Of a stretch of DNA of 64,000 bases, positions 26,658 through 38,100 are shown piece after piece. The notes under the pieces are model-generated. The model had not been told where the DNA came from. It made no database searches and worked only from the letters and a program-made list of their open reading frames with translations. The translations under genes and the position numbers were made by a program. The stretch lies in assembly GCA_026770705.1 (NCBI GenBank), contig JANJGN010000121.1, positions 1,364,001 to 1,428,000 on the forward strand, written 5' to 3'. This stretch comes from Isurus oxyrinchus (Eukaryota). Position 1 is the first letter of the stretch, and every line of letters begins with the position of its first letter.

Positions 26658-28865
26658 TCAGAGAGAGAGACAGTGTGTGTGGGAGAGAGAGCAAGAGACT
26701 GTGTGTGTGAGAGAGTGTGAGAGAGAGAGAATGTGAGAGAGTGTGCATGAGAAAGTGTGTGAGAGAGTGTGTGAGAGAGAGAGAATGTGAGAGACTGCAT
26801 GTAAGACAGTGTGCATGGGAGAGATTGAGAGTGTGTGCATATTTGAGAGAGGGAGCAAGTGTGTGTGTGAGGAAGTGTGTGTGAGTGTGAGAGAGTGTGT
26901 GTATGTGACTGTGCGAGAGTGTGTTTGAAATAGGGCGAGTGTGCATGTTTGAGAGAGAGAGAGTGTGNNNNNNNNNNNNNNNNNNNNNNNNNNNNNNNNN
27001 NNNNNNNNNNNNNNNNNNNNNNNNNNNNNNNNNNNNNNNNNNNNNNNNNNNNNNNNNNNNNNNNNNNNNNNNNNNNNNNNNNNNNNNNNNNNNNNNNNNN
27101 NNNNNNNNNNNNNNNNNNNNNNNNNNNNNNNNNNNNNNNNNNNNNNNNNNNNNNNNNNNNNNNNNNNNNNNNNNNNNNNNNNNNNNNNNNNNNNNNNNNN
27201 NNNNNNNNNNNNNNNNNNNNNNNNNNNNNNNNNNNGTTTGACAGAATGTGTGCATGTGTGAGAGAGTGTGTGTGAGAGAGAGTGTGTGTGTGAGAGTGTG
27301 TGTGTGTGACAGTGTGTTTGTTTGATAGAGACTGTGCGCATGTGTGAGAGTGTGTGTGAGAGAGTGTGTGTGTGTGACAGTGTGTATGTTTGACAGTGTC
27401 TGTGTTTGACAGAGTGTGTGCATGTGTGAGAGAGAGTGTGTGAGAGAAAGTGTGTGTGTGAGAGTGTGTGTGTGTGACAGTGTGTGTGTTTGATAGAGAC
27501 TGTGTGCATGTGTGATAGAGAGTGTGTTTGAGAGAGAGAGAGTGTGTGTGAGTGAGAGTGTGTATGTGTTTGAGATAGAGAATGTCTGTGCGAGAGTGTG
27601 TGTTTGAGAGAGGGATTGTGTGTGTGAGAGAGTGTGTGTAAGCGAAAGAGTGTGTGTGAGAGAGAGTCTGTACGAGAGTGTGTGTTTGAGAATGTTTGTG
27701 AGAGAGAGTTTGTGTGAGTGAGTATGTATGTGTTTGAGATAGCGAATGTCTGTGCGAGAGTGTGTGTTTGAGAGAGAAGGATTGTGTGTGTGAGAGTGTG
27801 TGTGAGCGAAAGTGTGTGTGTGAGAGAGTGTCTGTACGAGAGTGTGTGTTTGAGAATGTTTGTGAGAGAAAGAGAGTTTGTGTGAGTGAGTATGTATGTG
27901 TTTGAGATAGAGAATGTGCGAGAGTGTGTGTTTGAGAGAGAGATTGTGTGTGTGAGAGAGTGTGTATGAGAGTGTGTCTGTGTGAGAGAGAGTGTCAGTG
28001 CGAGAGAGTGTGTGTTTGGGAGAGGGAGCAAGAATGTGTGCGTGTGAGAGAGATAGAGCAGAAGAGTGTGATAGAGAGAGATTGTGAGTGTAAGAGAGAG
28101 AATGCGTGTGTGTGAGAGAGAGAGAGAGCAGAAGAGTGTGATAGAGAGAGATTGTGATTGTTAGAGAGAGAATGTGGGTGAGAGAGAGAGATAGAGCAGA
28201 AGAGTGCAATAGAGAGAGATTGTGAGTGTTAGAGAGAGAATGTGTGTGTGTGAGAGAGAGATAGAGCAGAAGAGTGTGATGGAGAGAGCTTGTGAGTGTT
28301 AGAGAGAGAATGTGTGTGTGTGAGACAGAGATAAAGCAAGAGAGTGTGATAGAGAGAGCTTGTGAATATTAGAGAGAGTGTGCGTGTGAGAGAGAGAGAG
28401 AGAGAGCAGAAGCGTGTGATAGAGAGAGATTGTGAGTGTTAGAGAGAGAATGTGTGTGTGTGAGAGAGAGAGAGAGAGAGCAGAAGAGTGCGATAGAGAG
28501 AGATTGTGAGTGTTAGAGAGAGAATGTGTGTGTGTGTGTGAGAGAGATAAAGCAGGAGAGTGTGATAGAGAGAGATTGTGAGTGTTAGAGAGAGATAGTG
28601 TGTGTGTGTGAGAGAGAGATAGAGCAGAAGAGTGCAGTAGAGAGAGATTGTGAGTGTTAGAGAGAGAATGTGTGTGTGTGAGAGAGAGATAGAGCAGAAG
28701 AGTGTGATAGAGAGAGATTGTGAGTGTTATAGAGAGAATGTGTCTGTGAGAGAGACAGAGATAGAGCAGAAGAGTGTGATTGAGAGAGATTGTGAGTGTT
28801 AGAGAGAGAATCTATGTGAGAGAGAGAGAGATAGAGCAGAAGAGTGTGATAGAGAGAGATTGTGA
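26658..28865. repeat. GA/GT low-complexity tract with an approximately 60-bp subunit (paralog 53630-54245 is much shorter)
   Basis: gagagatagagcagaagagtgtgatagagagagattgtgagtgttaga repeats. Confidence 0.92.
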
Positions 28866-29134
28866 GGGCTAAACTCACTGAGAGAAAAAGCTGGACACCC
28901 AGCACAGGGAGTGAGGGACCAATGAATTTTTGCCGTGTTTGGTGAATCAGTTTGCGATGTCCCTTCTCAATCTCTCCTTCCTTGTCTTGACATTAGTTTA
29001 TTCTCTGGGGCTGTTTAATTCACTGAAAGGTGCCATTTAAACACAAGTTGTTGTTGTTTGAGGAAGAAACGCTGGGGACAATTTATGAAAAAGTCTCTGT
29101 CTTTATCATTTTCCATTTAGATGAGGAACTGAAG

Positions 29135-29180
29135 ATGGGAGAGGTCGGTCTGATATTGATCTTCATCAGCTTGCTGCAAG
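29135..29180 (+). CDS. Gene 2 signal peptide exon (acceptor at 29120)
   Basis: aagATGg Kozak; MGEVGLILIFISLLQG|gtacaa; phase 1. Confidence 0.85.
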
Positions 29181-32100
29181 GTACAAATTCATTACTGATC
29201 GGAACTCAGGGAATTGGATTCTTTCCTGGAGTGAGGAAGTGAACATTTAATTTTAGAGAACAGGGTTAGTGATCACACAGAGAGTGAGTGAATAGCGAGT
29301 CAGAGAATATAGCAAAAGAAAAAGACTCATACGGACTCGAAACGTCAACTCTGTTTCTCTCTCCACAGATGCTGTCAGACCTGCTGAGTTTTTCCAGCAT
29401 TTTCTGTTTGTGCATCAGAGAGCTTGTTTCAATAGGAATGACAGTGCATTTATATAGCACCTTTAATGCAGTAAAACATCCTTATTGCGTCACAGGATTC
29501 CCCCACAAGGGGTAACATCCCCTCAGCATCCACCCTGTCAAACCCCCCACCACCTCAGAATCTTATATGTTTCAATAAGATCACCTCTCATTCTTCTAAA
29601 CTCCAATGGATACAGGGCCCAACCTGCTCAACATTTCCTCACAGGACAAACCCCCTTCATCCCAGGAATCAGCCCAGTGAACCTCCTCTGAACTGCCTCC
29701 AATGCAGAGTCTATCCCTCCCTAAGTAAGGAGACCAGAACAGTACACACTGCTCCTGATACAATCTCACCAACGCCCTGTACAGTTGTAGCAAGACTCCC
29801 CTCCTTTTATACTCCATCCCTTTGCAATAAAGGCCAACATTCCACTTGCCTTCCTCATTCTGTGCTGTTCCTGAATGCTGACTTTCTGTGATTCATGTAC
29901 ATGGACACCCAGATCCCTCTGTGTCACATTCTGTAGACTCTCTCCATTGAAGTAATATACTGCTTTTTGATGTCCTGTCCCCTCCCTTGTTGCCTTTCAG
30001 GAGTGACGTCAGAGGGATGGTCTATGAAGGCGCTGCCTCAGAGGGCCATCAGCAGCTCTTGTGTGGTTATTCCGTGTAGCTTTGACTTTCCTTCCCACTC
30101 TTACACAGCACTGCACGGAGCTTGGTATAAATATTGGTATAGATGGAAATATACCATCACATACACCAAAGATCCCAATTATGGGATGGCCACATTCGTG
30201 GGACGTGCTAAAATAATCGGCGACTTGGAAGGGAAGAATTGTTCGGTGAGGATTGACAGTCTCAGAGCTGAAGATAGTGATGTGTATTACTTTTATGTGG
30301 ATGTGGAGGGCTACACAGATCACACTTTTACACAACCAGTCCAACTCCAGGTTCTTGGTAAGTCCCAGTTCCTTTCACACTCAGTCTCTCAGCACAAGGG
30401 GGTCATGTTCTCATCTCAGAGCCAGGCAGTCATGGGTTCAATTCCTGCTCCAGGAGATGTCAGAACAAAGTCCAGGATGTGATCAGGCACAGTACTGAGG
30501 GAGTGCCGCACTGTCAGAGGGTCAGTATTGAGGGAGTGCTGCAGTGTCAAAGGATCAGTACTGAGGGAGTGCTGCACTGTCAGAGGTCAGTGAAAAGGGA
30601 GTGCTGCACTGTCAGAAGGTCAGTACTGAGGGAGTGCTGCAGTGTCGTATGGTCAGTACTGAGGGAGTGCTGCACTGTCAGAGGGTCAGTACTGAGGGAG
30701 TACTGCACTGTCAGAGGGTCAGTACCGAGGGGGTGCTGCACTGTTAGAGTGTCAATACTGAGGGGCTGCTGCACATTCAGAGAGTCAGTACTGATGGGGT
30801 GCTGCACTGTTGGAGGGTCAGTACTGAGGGAATGCTGCACTGTCAGAGGGTCAGTACTGATGGAGTGCTGCACTGTCGAAGGGTAAGTACTGATGGAGTG
30901 CTGCACTGTCAGAAGATCAGTACTGAGTGAGTGCTGCACTGTCAGATGGTCAGTACTGAGGGAGTGCTGCACTGTCAGAAGGTCAGTACTGAGGGGGTGC
31001 CGCACAGTTAGAGTGTCAATACTGAGGGGGTGCTGCACTTTCAGAGAGTCAGTACTGATGGGGTGCTGCACTGTTGGAGGGTCAGTACTGAGGGAGTGCT
31101 GCACTGTCAGAGGGTCAGTACTGAGGGAGTGCTGCACTGTCGAAGGGTCAGTACTGATGGAGTGCTGCACTGTCAGAAGGTCAGTACTGAGGGAGTGCTG
31201 CATTGTCAGAAGGTCAGTACTGAGGGAGTGCTGCACTGTCGGATGGTCAGTACTGAGGGAGTGCTGCACTGTCAGAGGGTCAGTACTGAGGGAGTGCTGC
31301 ACTGTCAGAGGGTCTGTACTGAGGTGGTGCTGCACTGTTAGAGTGTCAATACTGAGGGGGTGCTGCACTTTCAGAGAGTCAGTACTGATGGGGTGCTGCA
31401 CTGTCGGAGGGTCAGTACTGAGGGAGTGCTGCACTGTCAGAGGGTCAGTACTGAGGGAGTACTGCACTATCAGAGTGTCAGTACTGAGGGAGTGCTGCAG
31501 TGTCGGAGTGTCAGTACTGAGGGAGTTCTGCATGGTTGGGGGTCAGTGCTGCGTGAGTGCTCCACAGTCTGAGGATCATTGGCAAAGCAGTGGGTAGTGA
31601 TAAGGAGAGATTGGGCACGAGAGGGGCAGGATCAGGGTGAGGTGGGCAGACACATAGCTGATGCATTTTAGTGCAGTGAAGTGTGAAGTGACGCACTTTG
31701 TCAGGATGAATACAGAAAGATATTGGACACGAACAATTTGGACAAGTGTTGGACAATAGAGACCTGGGTGTCTCTCTGCACACATTCTGAAAGATTAAAG
31801 GGCAACTTGTTGAGGGGATTAAGAAAGCAAATATTTTCCTTGTGTTAACAGACTGAGGAACCGAGTTAAAAGCAAAGAGATCATGCGGGAACTTTATAAA
31901 TCACTGGTTAGAACTCAGCTGGAATATTGTTCAGAACGCTGGGCCTCCACACTTCAGGAAAGATGTAAGAGCTTCAGAAAGGGTGTCAAAGAGGACAAAA
32001 CAGTAAAAACTGGGACATAAGAGTCCTGCTCGAAACTGGTCTTGTATAGCTTAACATATAACACCAGTAAAACTGGGAAATAAGAGTCCTGGTCCAAACT

Positions 32101-35100
32101 GGTCTTGTATAGCTTAATATAGAACACCAGTAAAACTGGGAAATAAGAGTCCTGGTCCAAACTGGTCTTGTATAGAATAATATAGAACACCAGTAAAACT
32201 GGGAAATAAGAGTCCTGGTCTGAGCTGTTTTTTTGCTTCTGGGTGGAGAGGAGATTGAGCAGAATGGGTCCAGGGATGAGGGATTTTAGCTACAAGGTTG
32301 GGTTGGAGAAGCTGGGGTTGTTCTCCTTGGAGCAAAGGAGATTGAGGGGGGATCTGATCGAGGTGTACAAGATGATGATGGGTTTAGATAAGGTAGACAA
32401 AGAGAAGCTGTTGCCATTAGCTGATGGGACAAGGACTGGGGGACACAGATTGAAGGTTGTGGGAAGAGGGGGGATGTGAGGAGGAACTTTTTTACACAGC
32501 GAGTGGTAATGAGCTGGAAATCGCTGCCTACGAGGATGGTGGAAGTGGAGACGATGGGCGATTTCAAAATGAAATTGGACGGACACTTGAGGGAAATAAA
32601 TTCGCAGGGATACGGGGATAGAGGAGGGGGAATGGGACTGATTGGATTGGTCTACAGAGTGACAGCATGGACTCGATGGGCTGAATGGCCTCCTTCTGTG
32701 TTCTGAGTGTCTGTGACCCTATTGAAAAATCAAAGGACAAATCAAATCTCTTTTCTACTTGTCTGTTAACATCTGGAACTTTCTATTACAGATGTTCCAG
32801 ATAAGCCAGTTATTGTGCTCCTGAAGGATTTACAGGAGGGCACTCCTGCACATATCATCTGTAAATGCCTCGACACCTGCCCTGATAACCACCCCAATCT
32901 AACCTGGAGTGAATTGCTGACTTCCTCGGTCAGCACCATCACAGAGAACGGTGGTGAGGTTTCTGCTCTACTGACCTTTAACCCTTCGTTCAAGCATCAT
33001 GGACGAACTCTCCGCTGTACCTGTGACTACCCTCAAACCAGCCATCGAGTGGTCAACTCAGTTACTCTGAGTGTAAAGTGTAAGTATTGGTTAGAACATC
33101 CTGCTTGTGATGGAGGGGGAGTCAGTCTCCTATTAAATCAGGCATTGGAGAAGGTGCAAGTGGGATTGACATGGATGATCTCCGAACTGAGAGGTTATAA
33201 CTAACAGGAAAGACTGAACAAGCTGGTATTCTTGTCTCTAGAAAAGAGAAGGCTGAGGGGGTGACCTGATCGAGGTCCTTAAAATGATGAAACGGTTTCG
33301 ATAGGGTAGATGTAGAGAAGATGTTTCCACTTGTTGGAGCGAGGCCAGAACTAGGATCCATCAATATAAGATAATCATTAATAAATCCAGTGGGGAATTC
33401 AGGAGAAACTTCTTTACCCAGAGAGTGGGGAGAATGTGGAAGTCGCTCCCACAGGGAGTGGTAAAGGTGAATAGTATCGATGTATTTAAGGGATAAACAC
33501 ATGAGGGAGAAAGTAAGAAAAGGTTATGGGGATGGGGTGAGATAGCCACTTGTAGACTCGCTGTAATTCTGTGTGACATCATCTGCTGGTGAGGAACACA
33601 GTGCAGTTTGTACAGGTGCTAGTGTTGGAGCTGTATCCAGTCCATGATTCAAAACAGACCCTATCCCAATCTGGATGTTACACCTCATCAGTTCACTCTT
33701 TTTTTCATTCTTTTCTGGGATGTGGCCATTACTGGCTGGGGCCAGCATTTATCACCCATTCCTAATTGTCCCTTTGGAAGGTGGTGGTGAGCTGACTTCT
33801 GGGACTGCTGCACAGCATGTAGTGAAGGTGCACCAAAAGTGCTTCCTGGAGAGTGTTCTAGGATTTTGACCCAGAAACAATGAAGTAACAGTGAAATCGT
33901 TCCAAGTCAGGATGGTGTGTGGCTTGGAGGGGAACTTACAGGTGGTGATGTTCCCATGTATCTGCTGCCCTTGTCCTTATAGGTTTCAGAGGTCATGCGT
34001 TGGAAGGTGCTGTCTTAAGAGCCTTGGTGAGTTGCTGCAGTGCATCTTGTAGATGGTACACATTGCTGATAATGTGCGTCATTGGTGGAGGGAGTGAATG
34101 TTGAAGATGGTGGTTGGGATGCCGATCAATTGGGCTTTGTCCTGGATGGTGTCGAGTTTCTTGGGTGTGTTGGAGCAGCACTCATCCTGGCAACTGGAGA
34201 GAATTCCATCACACTCCTGACTTTAGCTCAGTGTTTAATGTGTTGATAATTTTGTATTTGAAAGATTCTCCTCACAACACGTCTGTCAGGCTGACACGGG
34301 AAAAAGGAAAGATGATTTCTCTAAGTTGTTCCAGTGATGGGAATCCAGCAGTCCACAATTTCACCTGGTTTAAGATCCCCCAAGGCAAGGTGACAAATCT
34401 GGTGCTCACTGGTCAAACTATTACAGTTCCTTATGGATTCGATGAGGAAATCTCCTACTACTGTGAAGCAACAAGTATCCTGGGCAGTTCCCAGTCTCTG
34501 CCCATTAAAATTCCCACTGAATGTGAGTACTTTTTTTATTCATACATGCGATGAAGGTGTCACTGGCTAGACCAACATTTATTGCCCATCCCAAATTATA
34601 CTGGAACAGAGAGGCTTAGTGGGCCATTTCAGAGGATATTGAGGAGTCAACCACGTTGCTGTGGGTCTGGAGTCACATGTAAGGCCAGACCAGGTAAGGA
34701 CAGCAGATTTACCTCCCTAAAGGACATTAGTGAACCAGATGGGGTTTTAACGACAATTGGCAATGTTTTCATGGTCAACAATAGACTTTCAATTACAGAT
34801 TCTCATTGAATTGGTTGGAAAGTGGACATTTGAACACTATGGCCACAATTTGTCCACAATTATCTGTTGCCAGCCAATCAGCACCCTCTTCTCATGCAGT
34901 ATAATTTGTTATCCCTTTGAGATTTGGTAATCTTGCAATTCTGTCCTGATGAGTGAAAGATGAAAAGCTTTGACAGAATGTCTCCTTTTTCACCAATGCT
35001 CAGGTTCTGTCCTGCCAAGTGACTGTAAACATCGTCTTCTGTAAATCAAAATCCTGAATACACTCGTAAATGACTAACATATCATTCCTGGTACACAAAT

Positions 35101-38100
35101 CAGAGAAAGTTAGTATGCAGGTGCAGCAAGTGGTTAGGAAGGCAAATGGAACATTGGTGTTTATTGCAAGGGAGCTTGAGTGTAAAAGTAGGGACACATG
35201 TAACAACTGTACAGGCTATTGGTGAGACTGCATCACGAGTACTGTGTACAGTCTTGGCTTCTGACATAGAAAAGATGTGCCGAATGTGCAGCTGTAGACT
35301 ACCTGTAATTCTGTGTAACATTACCTGCTGGTGATGAATACAGTGCAGTTTGTACATGTGCTAGTGTTGGAGCTGTATCCAGTCCATGATTATATAAAGA
35401 GACTATTCAAATCTAGACTTTAAACCTCATGAGTTTGCCCATATTTAGTTCATTCACAGGATGTGGGAGCTGCTGATATGGGCGACATTAATTGCCCATC
35501 CCTAATAACCCCTTGTCCTGACCTGCTGCAGTCCACATGCTGTACGTATATCCACAGTGCTGTTAGGGAGGGAGTTCCAGGATTTTGACCCAGCGAAAGT
35601 GAAGGAACGGCCGATATATTTCCAATTCAAGATGGTGAGAGGCTTGGTGGGGAACTTGCAGGTGGCGTTGTTCCCATTTTCCTGCTGCCCTTGTTCTTCT
35701 AGGTGTTAGGGATTGGAAGGTGCTGTTCAAGGAGCCTAGGTGTGCTGTTACATTGCATCTTGTAGACGGTACACACTGCTACCACTGTGCATTCATGGTG
35801 GAGGGAGTGAATGTTGAAGATGGTGGGTGGGATGCCGTTCAAGTGGGCTGCTTTGTCCTGGATGGTGTCCAGCTTCATGAGTGTTGTTGGAGCTGCACTC
35901 ATCCCGGCAAATGGAGAGTGTTCCATCACACTCCTGACTTTAGCTCAGTGGTTAATGTGTTGATAATTTTGTATTTGAAAGATTCTCCTCACAACACGTC
36001 TGTCAGGCTGACACGGGAAAAAGGAAAGGTGATTTCTCTAAGTTGTTCCAGTGACGGGAATCCAGCAGTCCACAATTTCACCTGGTTTAAGATCTCCCAA
36101 GGAAAGGTGACGAATCTGGTGCTCGCTGGTCAAACTATTACAGTTCCTTATGGATTCGATGAGGAAATTTCCTACTACTGTGAAGCAACAAGTATCCTGG
36201 GCAGTTCCCAGTCTCTGCCCATTAGAATTCCCACTGAATGTGAGTACTTTTTTTATTCGTTCATGGGATGAAGATCTCACTGGCTAGACCAACATTTATT
36301 GCCCATCCCAAATTACCCTGGAACTGAAAGGCTTGCTGGGCCATTTCAGAGGTCATTGAAGAGTCAACCACATCTCTGTGGGTCTGGACCTGCATGCAGG
36401 CCAGACCAGGTAAGGACGGCAGATTTTCCTCCCTAAAGGACATTAGTGACCCTGATGGGTTTTTAATGACAATCGGTAATGTTTTCATGGTCATCGTTAG
36501 AAATTCAATTCCAGGTCCTAATTGAATTGGTTGGCAAGTGGACATTTGACACTTTATCCACAATTTGCCCTCAATTATCTGCTTTCCAGGCAATCAGCAC
36601 CACCTCCTCATGCAATCTCAATTGTTGTTCCCTTTGAGATTTGGTATTCTTGCAATTCTGTCCTGATGAGTGAAAAATGAAAAGCTTTGACAGAATGTCT
36701 CCTTTCTCACCAACGCTCAAATTTTTTACTGCCAAGTGACTATAAATATCTTCTTCTGTAAATTCTCCTGAATGCTCTCCCAATTGACTAATATATAATT
36801 TCTGGTACATGAAACATAGAAGGTTCGTATGCAGGTGCAGCAAGTGTTTAGGAAGGCAAATGGAATGTTGGTGTTTATTGCAAGGGAGATTAAGTAAAAG
36901 TATTAGGGATGTAGGGTGGAGGTGTACAGGTTCTTTTTGAGACTGCATCAGGAGTACTGTGTATAGTCTTGGCTTCTGACATAGAAAAGATGGGCTGAAT
37001 GCGCAGTTGTAGACTACCTGTAATACTGTGTAACATTATCTGCTGGTGAGGAATACAGTGCAGTTTGTACTTGTGCTAGTGTTGGAGCTGTATCCAGTCC
37101 ATGATTATATAAAGAGACTATTCAAATCTAGATTTTAAACCTCATGAGTTTGCCCATATTTAATTCATTTGATGATATGGGCAACATTTATTAGCCATCC
37201 TTAATTACCCCATGAGCCACTGTATTCAACTGCTGCAGTCCATGTGCTGTAGGTACACCCACAGCAATGTTAGGGAGGGAGTTCCAGGATTTTGACCCAG
37301 TGACAGTGAAGGAATGGCGATAGATTTCCAAGTCAGGATGGTGAGTGGCTTGCAGGGGATCTTGCAGGTGGCATTGTTCCTACCTATCTGCTCCCCTTGT
37401 CCTACTTGATGTTAGGGTTTGGAAGGTGCTGTTCAAGGAGCCTTGGTGAGCTGTTGCAGTGCATCTTGTAGATGGTACACACTGCTGCCACTGTGCACCA
37501 GGGAGTGAATGTTGACTATGGTGGGTGGGGTACCGTTCAAGTGGGATGCTTTGTCCTGGATGGTGTCGAGCTTCCTGAGTGTTGCTGGAGCCGCACTCAT
37601 CCCGGCAACTGGAGAGTTTTCCATCACACTCCTGACTTTAGTTCAGTGGTTAATGTGTTGATAATTTTGGATTTGAAAGATTCTCCTCATAACACGTCTG
37701 TCAGGATGACACTGGAAAAAGGAAAGATGATTTCTCTAAGTTGTTCCAGTGACGGGAATCCACCAATCCACAATTTCACCTGGTTTAAGAGCTCCCAAGG
37801 AAAAGTGATGAATTTGGTGCTCGCTGGTCAAACTATTACAGTTCCTTCTGGATTCGATGAGGAAATCTCCTACTACTGTGAAGCAACAAGTATCCTGGGC
37901 AGTTCCCAGTCTCTGCCCATTAGAACTCCCACAGAATGTGAGTAATTTTTTTATTCGTTCATGGGATGGAGGTGTCACTGACTAGACCAACATTTATTGC
38001 CCATCCCAAGTTACCCTGGAACAGAGTGGCTTGGTGGGCCATTTCAGAGGGTATTGAAGAATCAACCACATTGCTGCAGTCACAGGTACGCCAGAGCAGG

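Noticed and set aside
26248-28209. 653-aa and other long His/Thr/Leu/Ser- or Val/Cys-rich ORFs
   Set aside because: Translations of CA/GA microsatellites and N gaps.
29320-29350. GAAACGTC with an upstream hairpin as a hammerhead
   Set aside because: The CUGANGA box and stem I are missing; truncated remnant only.
30479-31597. ORFs with 11-aa repeats ([11 protein letters not shown]) and a CRISPR-like appearance
   Set aside because: 33-bp head-to-tail minisatellite with no unique spacers, in a eukaryotic intron.
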